Shown in pieces: positions 45,050-54,071 of a stretch of DNA of 64,000 bases. How positions within the stretch are numbered: the stretch's first letter is position 1; every line of letters starts with the position of its first letter. The position numbers and the translations under genes are program-made. The notes below the pieces were generated by a model. The model was given only the letters and a program-made list of their open reading frames with translations. It searched no databases and was not told the DNA's origin. The DNA is taken from NCBI GenBank assembly GCA_041665945.1, contig JBAYHU010000004.1:34336-98335 (forward strand), read 5' to 3'. Source of the stretch: Candidatus Micrarchaeia archaeon (GTDB lineage: Archaea > Micrarchaeota > Micrarchaeia > Anstonellales > Anstonellaceae).

Positions 45050-45343
45050 ATGGCCAACAAAACAAGAGGAAGGGAGAGACTCACGACGTGCGATTCATGC
45101 GGAAGGACGATGCCTCGGGACAAGATGATAACCTTTAACAAGATGAACGTTTACTCGACCGAGTTGCGCACAGCGGAAGACGTCCGCACGACCACTCACA
45201 CCGAGAACCACTACTGCATATCCTGCGCAAAGCACCGCAAGATTTTCGAGAAGCTCAAAGAGCGCGCCATCAGGCAGTCTGCCCGCGGCGAGCGCACCAT
45301 GAGGCAGCAGCCGGAAAGCTGGAATTCCGGCAAGCGCTGGTAG
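45050..45343 (+). CDS. rps26e: ribosomal protein eS26
   Basis: TCDSCGRTMPRDKMI ... HYCISCAKHRKI mirrors the eukaryotic eS26 pattern RCxNCxRCVPKDKAI ... HYCVSCAIHSKV. Confidence 0.75.
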   Translation: MANKTRGRERLTTCDSCGRTMPRDKMITFNKMNVYSTELRTAEDVRTTTHTENHYCISCAKHRKIFEKLKERAIRQSARGERTMRQQPESWNSGKRW

Positions 45344-45395
45344 GCGAAGAAGAGAAGTCCGGCTTTTGCTGAACTTCCCATATGGGGGTTACGCT

Positions 45396-45683
45396 ATGGA
45401 AGAAAAGCTGACTTTTGAAGGGCGGGAATACACGGGCATCAGCTTCCCGCTTGGGAACGTCCCGCTTCTCATCGTGAAGGCGAAGCGCGGCTATGTCGCA
45501 TGCACCTACGTTTCAAAGGACGCGGCTGAGAAGTTCGGCGACGTCGCGGCATTCGTCACCGGAGTGAAGACATTCGAGGACTTCTTCAAGGCGAAAATAA
45601 AGTTCTTCACGACCTGGGCTGACGACCTCGGAATCCGCGAGGGAATGTCGGTCAAGAAAGCGCTTGAGCTGATGGATCAGTAA
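45396..45683 (+). CDS. DUF1805 (YunC-like) domain protein
   Basis: 95 aa; pattern GNVPLLIVKAKRGYVACTYV...AAFVTGVKTFEDF resembles DUF1805. Confidence 0.5.
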   Translation: MEEKLTFEGREYTGISFPLGNVPLLIVKAKRGYVACTYVSKDAAEKFGDVAAFVTGVKTFEDFFKAKIKFFTTWADDLGIREGMSVKKALELMDQ

Positions 45684-45710
45684 ATAAGCTCGCGTGCCAA
45701 GCGGCGCTTG

Positions 45711-46379
45711 TCAGTCCCTTCTTGCGGGGAAATTACCGCTTTTTTCCAACCCACGCACAAGCGAGCCTTCCACCGCTTCCTCGTACAATGCCCCTTTTTC
45801 TGCAAGAAGGCTGAATTTCGCGGAGTTGATTTGGCGCGGGTCGCGGACGGTCAATCCGTTCGCGTCGAGCGGCTCAAGAAGCGCTGGCACGTAAAACAGT
45901 GCAGGGCTGTTTCCAAAATGGCACGCAATAAAGTCCTCGAAAACCACCAATTCCCGCGCCAGCTTCGCCTCCTCAATCGACAGCTTGCCGGTTTCTATGC
46001 CAATCGGCATGTATGGGGAAACCATGTAATCGATTGTCGAGCCGATGAGCCTGTGCTCCTGCCATGTGAGGATGCTCCCGTTGCCGCGGTATCCTTTCGC
46101 GCGAAGCGCGTTGTCTATGAAAGAAGCCAGCTCACGCGCGGTTTTCTTCCAGCCGTCCGTGTAAGGCCAGAGATTGAACCCGCTCAATGACTTCATCCCC
46201 ATCCCCACGCTGAACTGCCAGGACGGGCTTTTTGCATCGCACAGCTTGCATATGATTGCACCCATGCCCTCGACAAGAAGCCTGTCCGCCCTGCTTGAGT
46301 AAAGCGAGGTGAAACGGGCAAGTATCGCCTTTTTCGCATTGCCATTAATGGGGCCTATGCTTTTCAGAGCCGGATACAT
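45711..46379 (-). CDS. uncharacterised protein, family X copy B (222 aa)
   Basis: Shares TWQEHxLxGST, EAKxAREL, EPLDxxGxTVRDPRxIxxAK and the terminal RRD with CDS 40370..41365. GTTTATATC lies 24 nt upstream of the ATG. Confidence 0.65.
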   Translation of the reverse strand: MYPALKSIGPINGNAKKAILARFTSLYSSRADRLLVEGMGAIICKLCDAKSPSWQFSVGMGMKSLSGFNLWPYTDGWKKTARELASFIDNALRAKGYRGNGSILTWQEHRLIGSTIDYMVSPYMPIGIETGKLSIEEAKLARELVVFEDFIACHFGNSPALFYVPALLEPLDANGLTVRDPRQINSAKFSLLAEKGALYEEAVEGSLVRGLEKSGNFPARRD

Positions 46380-46478
46380 GTGCTAAAAAGTGTAGAGAAG
46401 GGTTTATATCGGAAATGCCGGAGCCGATTCCGCGAGCTGCCACGGCAGAGCACCGCGAAGCCGATGCAGCCGCAATTC

Positions 46479-47006
46479 CTACTTCTTTATCCTCGCAAGC
46501 GCCATTTTCGCGAGCTTCTTCCCGCTTTTCGATTTTATCTGCTCAAGCGCAGCATCGATGAACCTTTGCATGTGCTTGTTGCCCGCGTTCTGGTAATCAA
46601 TCGCCTGGAACAACATGTCAAGCTTGTCCGCGTCTTTCGTAAGAATGGCAAGCCGCTCCCCTCTCAGAAGCGGGATTTCCTGCTCAAGATGCGTGCCTTC
46701 AAGCAGTTCCTTTTCCGCCCGCTCGTAATCCGCCTTTACATACTGCCTCTGCAACCGCGAAAGGTCGCCCACGCGCGACTCATGCAGGTCGTGGAGAAGC
46801 GCGCGGCGGATAAGCGCGGCTTCCTCTTTCTCGGGCAACCCCTCCATCCTCGCAAGCGCGAGTGCAATTATCGCTGCCCCGAAGGAATGGTCTGCAAGCG
46901 ATTCGTGCGGCGCCTTTTCAATGAGCCATCCCATCCTCGGGAGCTTCTTGAGCGAAAGCGACTCGAAAATCAGGTCGAAAGTCTTCTGTTCGGATGGTTT
47001 TGCCAT
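46479..47006 (-). CDS. HD-domain phosphohydrolase (YfbR-like 5'-nucleotidase type)
   Basis: LADHSFGAAIIA (H), LLHDLHESRVGD (HD...D), DKLDM. Confidence 0.75.
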   Translation of the reverse strand: MAKPSEQKTFDLIFESLSLKKLPRMGWLIEKAPHESLADHSFGAAIIALALARMEGLPEKEEAALIRRALLHDLHESRVGDLSRLQRQYVKADYERAEKELLEGTHLEQEIPLLRGERLAILTKDADKLDMLFQAIDYQNAGNKHMQRFIDAALEQIKSKSGKKLAKMALARIKK

Positions 47007-47045
47007 GCTAAGGTTGAACGGGCGGCAGAATAAAAAGAAGATGGC

Positions 47046-47705
47046 TTATTCCTCGAAAGAGGTTGGAAGGAGTTTCTTTGCTTTTGGCAGAAGCAGTGTG
47101 TCGGATTCCGCGCTGGTTTCAACATAGAGGGGCACGGGATAGCCGCGCTTCACTTCCGCAAAGATGCGCGTGTTTTCCCGCTCGCTCCTGATTTCCGAAA
47201 GAAGCCATCGTATTTTTCGCTCGAGGTTATCCGCTTTCGAATCGCGAGTCATGACATACAAGACCGCGGCAACGGTGGCGGATATTGCGACGATGCCAGC
47301 AGACACCCCGATTGCCGTGCTGTTTGTTGCGAAATAAACGGACGGCGCCAAAGCGATTGCTGCCATTATCGATACGCACCCTGCCACGATGCCGGCGCAG
47401 GCGAATTTCTTCACACCGTTTTTGATGACGAGGGCTTTCTTTTCAACTGATTCATGTTCCTTCACGTCAAGCAAAGAGAACGATTCCTTCAGGGCGTTGT
47501 GCGCGTCTTCAAGCGCGAGCTTCGCATCCTTTTTCTCGCTTTCGGTGTATGCCCCGTATTCGGCGCGCGCTTCGTAGTTGTGCGCCTTGCCGTAAGCGAT
47601 AAGCTTGGCGTAAAACTCGTTTCGCTTGCCCTTTTCCAGAACCCGCACCAGTTTTTTCACATGGCGGGGCTGGAAGTCGTTTCTCCTGAGTGCGATTTCC
47701 ATCAC
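47046..47705 (-). CDS. hypothetical protein with a central TM hairpin
   Basis: 219 aa: helical N-terminus, FACAGIVAGCVSIMAAIALAP and AIGVSAGIVAISATVAAVLYV, charged C-terminus. Confidence 0.55.
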   Translation of the reverse strand: MMEIALRRNDFQPRHVKKLVRVLEKGKRNEFYAKLIAYGKAHNYEARAEYGAYTESEKKDAKLALEDAHNALKESFSLLDVKEHESVEKKALVIKNGVKKFACAGIVAGCVSIMAAIALAPSVYFATNSTAIGVSAGIVAISATVAAVLYVMTRDSKADNLERKIRWLLSEIRSERENTRIFAEVKRGYPVPLYVETSAESDTLLLPKAKKLLPTSFEE

Positions 47706-47749
47706 ATTGGAAATAAGTGGTAGTATTTAAAAATATATGATAAAGGCAG

Positions 47750-49036
47750 CTAGCTTTTCTCCTCGTCAGCAGACTCGATTATCGAGAAGTTCTTTTCCAC
47801 GATTTTCTTCACGTCCGTGGCAAGATAGCCGATTCTTATCAGGCGCGTCCTGCCCCTCTGCCCCGCGCCGGACTCAATCGTGGTGATAAGCCCGAGCATC
47901 TCAAGGTCGTTGAGGTATTCGCGGTACCATCTCGCCGAGCGGCGGGGCTTCCTGAACTTGCGGGCGACTTTCGAGTATTCCTCGTACACTTCGCCGGAAA
48001 TCAGGAAGGAGTCGTCCTCCTCTCCCGCGCCTTCAGTCAGGCGGGTGTTCTTGCCCTTGTCAATCGAAAGGTTGGCAATCGCAAGGAGTACGAGCTGCTG
48101 GTGGTCGGGAAGCGTGGAAATCGCCTCGAACGCCACGTCGGATTCCACCGAGCGGCGGGCTTCCTCCACTTCCTTGTCCGTGATTTTCGAAATCCCCTTC
48201 TCATCGGCTATTTCGCCGGCTTTCTGGAGGAGCTTGAGCGCGTATCTTGCATCGCCGACATCCTGCCCGGTTATCGCCGCGGCTAGATTGATTGCCGAGT
48301 CGTCCACCACGTGCGGGCGGAACCCCATCTTCGCCCTCTGCGAGATTATCGCCTGCATCTGCGGCGGAGTGTATGACGCGAATATCATCTCGTTTTCGCA
48401 AAGCGAGGAGCGCGAGCGCTGCCCGAGCTTTTCCTTGAACGAGAGCTTGTTAGAGATGCCGATAATCGAAATCGAGCCCTGTTTCAGCTCGTCGTTGGCG
48501 CGCGTGAGGGTATAGAGCAGGTCATCGAGGTCCTTTACGGTATCAACCTCGTCAAGTATCACGATAAGCCGCCTGCCGGATGTCTCGACCTCAGCCATCA
48601 TCTTCTCGTAGAGCATGGCAAGCCCGAAGCCCATGGAGTCAAGAGAGGGAAGGATATCCTTTGTTATCTTCTGAATGACGCGGTAGCGGGAGTTGAACAT
48701 CTTGCAGTTCACGTATGAGGAAACGTAGGGCGCCTGTGCCGTTTGCCCGGCTTTGGCGTCGACCTTGCTGCCGTGCGGCGAGGGTTTGCCCTCTTCCTTG
48801 TATTCGCCCATCTTGCCAAGCACGTGCTTGACCGAGCAGGTCTTTCCCGTGCCGGTCTTGCCGTAGATGAACATGTTCCTCGGGCGCTCGCCCTTGAGGG
48901 CAGGAGACAGCCCGACCATTATCTTCTCGATTTCCTTGTCCCTGAACGGAAGGGTATCTGGGATGTAGTGCGGAGACAGGACGTTGCGGTCGGAAAAGAC
49001 CGTGGGTTTTGAGAGTATTTCTGAAAATGACGGCAT
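47750..49036 (-). CDS. cdc6: Orc1/Cdc6 replication initiator
   Basis: LPFRDKEIEKI, Walker A IYGKTGTGKT, Walker B IVILDEVD, ISNK sensor, C-terminal wHTH. Internal ATG (MPSFSE...). Low-complexity insert after the Walker A region. Confidence 0.92.
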   Translation of the reverse strand: MPSFSEILSKPTVFSDRNVLSPHYIPDTLPFRDKEIEKIMVGLSPALKGERPRNMFIYGKTGTGKTCSVKHVLGKMGEYKEEGKPSPHGSKVDAKAGQTAQAPYVSSYVNCKMFNSRYRVIQKITKDILPSLDSMGFGLAMLYEKMMAEVETSGRRLIVILDEVDTVKDLDDLLYTLTRANDELKQGSISIIGISNKLSFKEKLGQRSRSSLCENEMIFASYTPPQMQAIISQRAKMGFRPHVVDDSAINLAAAITGQDVGDARYALKLLQKAGEIADEKGISKITDKEVEEARRSVESDVAFEAISTLPDHQQLVLLAIANLSIDKGKNTRLTEGAGEEDDSFLISGEVYEEYSKVARKFRKPRRSARWYREYLNDLEMLGLITTIESGAGQRGRTRLIRIGYLATDVKKIVEKNFSIIESADEEKS

Positions 49037-49241
49037 GAAAATCCCTGCCTGCTGCCTGCGGAACCTTGATGGGCTGTGCAATACTTAAAACGCTTGCTGG
49101 CTGGGCGCCGCACCCCATCAAATCAGGCAAAGCTGGCTTCTCCAACGTCGTTTTTCCCCCCACAAAAAGCCTTATTAAGATATACTCCGAATAACGTCAC
49201 GACAGAAGCAATCGCTTGATACTAAAACCCGAGGTGGGAAG

Positions 49242-49610
49242 ATGGGCATACTCGAAAAGATTACCAAAAGCATCGGCGTTTCCAAGGACATGAACCTTGA
49301 GGAATACATGAACACCGTTGAAATGGAGAACGTCGACGTGCTCCACGAGGCGGCTGACTTCTACGTCAAGCCCGTGGCTCTCGAATCCGAATCCGACGTG
49401 TCGGTCATCATGGACGAGCTCAAGGCAAAGAACATAGTGCTTCTCAACGTAACGCCCATGGCAAAGCAGCCCAACAAGCTCAAGCAGACAATCGACAACA
49501 TCAAGATGTTCGTCATGAAAATCAACGGTGACATCGCGAGAATCGACAATGACAAGATTCTCCTGACTCCCTCAAAGGTCAAGATTGTCAAGAGCAGCAG
49601 GAAGAGATAA
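49242..49610 (+). CDS. sepF: cell division protein SepF
   Basis: 122 aa; DFYVKPVALESESDVSVIMDELKAKNIVLLNV...INGDIARIDNDKILLTP matches the SepF/DUF552 core; GAGGTGGG SD. Confidence 0.8.
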   Translation: MGILEKITKSIGVSKDMNLEEYMNTVEMENVDVLHEAADFYVKPVALESESDVSVIMDELKAKNIVLLNVTPMAKQPNKLKQTIDNIKMFVMKINGDIARIDNDKILLTPSKVKIVKSSRKR

Positions 49611-49668
49611 TTTTTCCAAATTCCGGCTTTTTTTTGTTTGATTTTCCCAGCGTGAGCGCTATCCGAAG

Positions 49669-50475
49669 TCAAGCGTATTTCGGCGGCTCGCCCTTGTCTT
49701 CAAGCTCGCGCACAGCCCGCCTTGCCACCCCGAGGATGGAGGCGCACTCCTTGTCAGTCAGCATGGCTTTTCCCACCATTCTCCTGAAGGCGATTTTCAC
49801 CTTGCGCGGGTTTCTCATGAGCTTGGCGTATCTTTCCACAAGAAGCGAGAATGCCTCGACGAGCCTCTCCTTTTCCTGCTCGCCAGCTGGCGTAAAACCG
49901 AGAACCGGCAAATCCGCCATTTCATAAAGCACGATTGAAACAGCGTGCGACAGGTTGAGTATCGGGTATTCCTTGTTCGTGGGAATGGTAACAAGCATGT
50001 CGCAGGCTGAAATGTCCTCCTCGCAAAGTCCCACTCCCTCGTTCCCGAAAACAAGCGCGACATTCCCCTCGGTGTGCTTCACCAGCGCCTTGCGAAGCTC
50101 CCTGACGGAAACCGGCGAGCGGAACGTCTCGCTCCAGTGCCTGTAAAGAACGCCGGTTGTTCCAACAGCGAATTTGCAGCCTTTTGTCGCCTCGGACAGG
50201 GATTTGCACACCTTCGCCCCCTCAAGCACATCCCGCGCGTGCTTGGAGAATTTCACGGCGTCAAATCCGAGCGGCTCGCACTTCGGGTTCACCAATCGAA
50301 GCTCGGAAAACCCGAAATTTTTCATGGCGCGGGCGACTGCCCCGAGGTTCTGCTCGTATTCCGTTTCGACCAAAACGACTCGGAACCTCTGGAGCGAGGG
50401 TATTTTTGCCATGCGATTGCCCATCGGCGAGCCTCCGCGCTGCACCCGTATTTTCGGCTTCTTTTTTTGCGTCAT
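49669..50475 (-). CDS. SpoU/TrmJ-type tRNA/rRNA 2'-O-methyltransferase
   Basis: FRVVLVETEYEQNLGAVARAMKNFG, ALVFGNEGVGL, IPTNKEYPILNLSHAV (SPOUT knot). Confidence 0.8.
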   Translation of the reverse strand: MTQKKKPKIRVQRGGSPMGNRMAKIPSLQRFRVVLVETEYEQNLGAVARAMKNFGFSELRLVNPKCEPLGFDAVKFSKHARDVLEGAKVCKSLSEATKGCKFAVGTTGVLYRHWSETFRSPVSVRELRKALVKHTEGNVALVFGNEGVGLCEEDISACDMLVTIPTNKEYPILNLSHAVSIVLYEMADLPVLGFTPAGEQEKERLVEAFSLLVERYAKLMRNPRKVKIAFRRMVGKAMLTDKECASILGVARRAVRELEDKGEPPKYA

Positions 50476-51077
50476 TTCAAGGTCGCCTCAATCAGTGCTA
50501 TTTTTTCGAAGAAGAACGATTCTTCCATGAGTATCTGCGCAGGGCCTATGCGCTCTTCCAGTTCCCTCACGCTTTTCCTTATCCCGTCCCCAAGCGAAGT
50601 GGCGATGACCGCGGCTTTGCCCCCCAAAAACAGGTGGTTGCCCACTCCGTGCGAGAACTTGCGGAATGCCTCAAGTCCGCTCTCGCCGCCGTCGTAAGCC
50701 GTGTTCTCCTGCTCAAGCGCGAGCTTCTCCTCCCGCGTGGTGGGAAGATAGGGTGGGTTGAACAATACTGTATCGAATTTCCCCCTCACTTCCGAGAAAA
50801 GGTCTGATTCGTGGAAAACGGCATTTGTTATTCCGTTGAAACCGGCGTTTGCCGAAGCGCACCTTACTGCCGCAGGGTTGATGTCCACGCCGATTACGTC
50901 GTTTTTCCTGCTTGCCGCGGCGGCTGACAGCGCGGCAATCCCGCTCCCTGTTCCGATTTCAAGTATTTTGCCGGTTAGCGAGCTGGCGTACGTCGCGAGC
51001 ATGAACGAGTCTTCCGCAGGCTGGTAGACAGTGGGGGCTATTTTCAGGCGCAGGGCGCCGAATGAAATTTCATGCAT
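50472..51077 (-). CDS. HemK/PrmC-related (Mtq2-like) N5-glutamine methyltransferase
   Basis: SAM motif ILEIGTGSGI and NPPY motif VLFNPPYLP. Confidence 0.8.
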   Translation of the reverse strand: MHEISFGALRLKIAPTVYQPAEDSFMLATYASSLTGKILEIGTGSGIAALSAAAASRKNDVIGVDINPAAVRCASANAGFNGITNAVFHESDLFSEVRGKFDTVLFNPPYLPTTREEKLALEQENTAYDGGESGLEAFRKFSHGVGNHLFLGGKAAVIATSLGDGIRKSVRELEERIGPAQILMEESFFFEKIALIEATLK

Positions 51078-51081
51078 AGGC

Positions 51082-51744
51082 TTACCCGAACTCTATCCTG
51101 TCGCCTCGTGCGTCAGCATGAGGCGATAAATCGTCGAGCGGAGCGAAGACGATTGTGTCGCCTTCGCGCACCGCGCCTTTCCGAAGGACCTTCATTTGCA
51201 CAAGGTCAATCACTGTCGAGCCCTGCGCGTATTTGCATTTCCCACCGTCAAGCACAAGGTCGGCAGCGCCGGCAATCTCCGGATTCACGCCGGTCAGCTC
51301 GGCTGCGCCTTTTTCGCCGGACAGATTCGCGCTAGTGCTCACAATCGGCACGCCCAATTCCTTTGCGACCTGCCGCATGAAATGGTGCTCGGGCACCCTC
51401 ACGCCGACAGATAGCGTTTCCGAGACCGGAAGGGGCTTTTTGAGCTGCAAGACGAACGTGTAGGGGCCCGGCAGAAGCTCGTGGAGTATTTTCCCGTGCG
51501 CATGGGGCACGTCGCAGTATTTCCTGAGCATTTCAAAATTCGCCACAATGATTGACAGGGGCTTTTTTCCCTCGCGCTTTTTCACCGAGTAGACCTTTTC
51601 CACGGCTTTTTCGGAAGTGGCATCGCAGCCTATCCCGTAAAGCGTGTCAGTCGGATAGACAACAAGCCCGCCCGAGGAAACGACTGCCTTTGCCGATTCC
51701 TTCGCAGTGTCGTAATCAGAGGTTATCGAAAGGCGAAGGGGCAT
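51082..51744 (-). CDS. tsaC: L-threonylcarbamoyladenylate synthase (YrdC/Sua5 family, short form)
   Basis: VVYPTDTLYGIGCDA, SIIVANF, SANLSGE. Internal ATG chosen. Confidence 0.8.
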   Translation of the reverse strand: MPLRLSITSDYDTAKESAKAVVSSGGLVVYPTDTLYGIGCDATSEKAVEKVYSVKKREGKKPLSIIVANFEMLRKYCDVPHAHGKILHELLPGPYTFVLQLKKPLPVSETLSVGVRVPEHHFMRQVAKELGVPIVSTSANLSGEKGAAELTGVNPEIAGAADLVLDGGKCKYAQGSTVIDLVQMKVLRKGAVREGDTIVFAPLDDLSPHADARGDRIEFG

Positions 51745-51772
51745 ATGACGACCGACCGGAGGCACGCAAGCC

Positions 51773-52549
51773 CTAGACTTTTTTCTTTCCAGCCTCGTGG
51801 ATGGCTTTGGCAAGTTCGGAGACCTTCTTTTTCACGTCGCCGCCCTTCTCAAGCGCTGTACCGACCTGCACGGCTCCCGCGCCCGCGGTTATCACTGCCG
51901 CTGCTTCGGCAGGCGTGCGCACGCCTCCCCCGACTATGTGCGGGATGGAGATTGACTTTGCCACTGCCGAGACCATCTCAAGGGGCATGTGCCCTTCCTT
52001 GGGGTTGCTTCCGCAGTCTGTAAGCACGAGCCTTGAGCCTGAAAGCTCCGCACCCATGGCAAGCGCAGCCGCAATCTGCGGCTTGTCGCGGGGGACCAAA
52101 TTGACGTCTCCGACCCAGCCGACCGTGCCGCCGGGCGCAATCACGATGTAGCCAACAGGCAATGCTTCAATGCCCATCTTCTTTATCGACGGGGCTGCGA
52201 GCATCTGCGCCTGCGTTATCCAGTAGGGGTTGCGGCTGTTCAGAAGAGACATGAAGTAAATCGCGTCCGCGTATTTCGTGACAGTTGAAATGTTTCCTGG
52301 GAAAAGCACTACAGGCACGGATGACTTGTCCTTTATGCCCTTGGCAACCGCATCCAGAAGCTCGCCGTGCGCGCCCATGCTGCCGCCGATTAGGACAACG
52401 TCCGCTCCGGACTCGGATGACTGCACTCCAGCGCCGATGGCGTCCTTGGGGTCCTTGTAGTCCACAGGGTCGATTAGGGCAAAGAGAAGCCCTCCCTTGC
52501 GCGCAATGCCGTCCTTGATGTATTCCTCGATTTTGCCCATAAGAATCAC
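51773..52549 (-). CDS. geranylgeranylglyceryl phosphate synthase (PcrB/GGGPS family)
   Basis: LIDPVDY, VVLIGGS, GNISTV, HIVGGGVRTPE-like block IVGGGVRTPAEA. Confidence 0.88.
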   Translation of the reverse strand: MILMGKIEEYIKDGIARKGGLLFALIDPVDYKDPKDAIGAGVQSSESGADVVLIGGSMGAHGELLDAVAKGIKDKSSVPVVLFPGNISTVTKYADAIYFMSLLNSRNPYWITQAQMLAAPSIKKMGIEALPVGYIVIAPGGTVGWVGDVNLVPRDKPQIAAALAMGAELSGSRLVLTDCGSNPKEGHMPLEMVSAVAKSISIPHIVGGGVRTPAEAAAVITAGAGAVQVGTALEKGGDVKKKVSELAKAIHEAGKKKV

Positions 52550-52601
52550 GCCGTTTCTATCTGGAAGATGCCTAATTTAACCTTTGCTTTGCCGGCGGGA
52601 G

Positions 52602-54062
52602 CTAGTTGGATTTTGCAACGTCCCGAACGACCTGCGAATATCCAGTCAGGAAACTCACGTCAGCAGTGGCTGCGGCATACAGCGCGTCAGGCGCGCCAGA
52701 TGAAACCGCTTCCGCATATTGCCCGTTGCAGGTGTTGAGATAGTCCGCAAGAAATTCCATTATCTGCCCGTTCGGCATGCCGATTGACGCGTTTTCCATT
52801 ATCATCCGAACAACGCGCTTGGCGTAGTCTTCGGAAATGCCTATTGCCGCGCTCTTGTTTGCATATGGAACAATGTTTGATATGCCGCCGCACTTCATGG
52901 CTTCAAGCTCCCTGCGGGCAAGCTCGTTGCCGGCGAGAAGCTCTGCAAGACCGCCGATTGCTGAAATGATTTCCGGCGGAAGCCGCAGCCCGTCCTTGGA
53001 TTTTGGCACGGACTGCCCGTAGATGACAAGCGCCGACGACTCAGCATATTCCCGTTGCATGCTGTCCTGAAACATTGCCTTTGATATTGCCAGCAGGCTG
53101 TGCGAGGCATCCTGAAGGTCGGCAATGCCGCGTTCGCTCATGCTGTTTTTCTGATTTTCCGTTGCCTCGCGCACTCTTGCAATAAGGGGCAGGTGTTTGT
53201 CCAGTATCTTGCTTTCGAATGATTTTGCAGCCTCGAGGTGCCCGAATGCGATTTCGCACTGGTTGGACGACAACTGCTCGGTAACATCACCCAGTCCAAG
53301 GAAGTATATCTTCGTCGCCGCGTTGGCGTGGGAGATGAAAAGCTTATGCGCGGAATCGCTCTTTTTCCTCTCACCCTCGAATTCATCGAGAAGCGTCCGC
53401 GCCTCGATTGCGAGGTTGCGCGCCTTGGCATCTGCGGGAAGGAGTTCATTCGCAAGGAAGAGGGCGCTTTCCGACAGGTAATTGAAGTCCGCCCTTGCTT
53501 TCGAAATTTTCGACCGTGCCCAGGCAGCCAAGCCGAACACCACTGTCCCTATCGCCATGAGAAGCAGTGAGGTGTTGTCCTCCGATTTTAATACCGAGTA
53601 ACCGCTCCCAACTACTATCTGCCCCAGCATCCGGGCGACTGACATGGGATTCAGAAGGAAAGCCGCGGTTGCCATGGTGCCGCCAGCCCATTTCTCAAGC
53701 CTTGCCGCGAGCCCGAGTCTTTTCAGGCTCTTGTCAACGTATTTGCGGCCCCCACTTATCGCCTCGGCTTTTTTGGCTGCTTCATCGCCACGCTCGTAAT
53801 CCAGAAGCGGCAAGACGTCGGAAACAAGACTGTTGCGCCAGTTCTGGTCTTTTTCAACCTGCTTGCCGCGCGAGCCTGATCCGAAGCCGATGAACCACCG
53901 CGCATTATTTGCGTTTTCCTCCGATATGGGAATCCCTGCTTTTTTGAAAAACTTGGGAATCATTGTTTCCTCTATCTGGGTGCACGCCTTGTTGACTACG
54001 CGGTTGATGAGCTTGGAAGCCATGCGTCTGAAGTGGTTAGAAGTATTTAAATACGTAGGCAT
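52602..54062 (-). CDS. large hypothetical protein with a TM hairpin; function unknown
   Basis: 486 aa; hydrophobic pair GGTMATAAFLLNPMSVARMLGQIVVG and LLLMAIGTVVFGLAAWA; otherwise helical; no motif recognised. Confidence 0.55.
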   Translation of the reverse strand: MPTYLNTSNHFRRMASKLINRVVNKACTQIEETMIPKFFKKAGIPISEENANNARWFIGFGSGSRGKQVEKDQNWRNSLVSDVLPLLDYERGDEAAKKAEAISGGRKYVDKSLKRLGLAARLEKWAGGTMATAAFLLNPMSVARMLGQIVVGSGYSVLKSEDNTSLLLMAIGTVVFGLAAWARSKISKARADFNYLSESALFLANELLPADAKARNLAIEARTLLDEFEGERKKSDSAHKLFISHANAATKIYFLGLGDVTEQLSSNQCEIAFGHLEAAKSFESKILDKHLPLIARVREATENQKNSMSERGIADLQDASHSLLAISKAMFQDSMQREYAESSALVIYGQSVPKSKDGLRLPPEIISAIGGLAELLAGNELARRELEAMKCGGISNIVPYANKSAAIGISEDYAKRVVRMIMENASIGMPNGQIMEFLADYLNTCNGQYAEAVSSGAPDALYAAATADVSFLTGYSQVVRDVAKSN

Positions 54063-54071
54063 TTTCCGGCA

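Noticed and set aside
49037-49241. Possible replication origin between orc1/cdc6 and sepF, including a CTCCA...TTTTTCCCCCC stretch reminiscent of an ORB element
   Set aside because: There is only one weak ORB-like match, in an atypical arrangement. There are no repeated ORBs and no marked AT-rich unwinding element. Two divergent promoters explain the region adequately. Whole-genome skew or MFA data would be needed.
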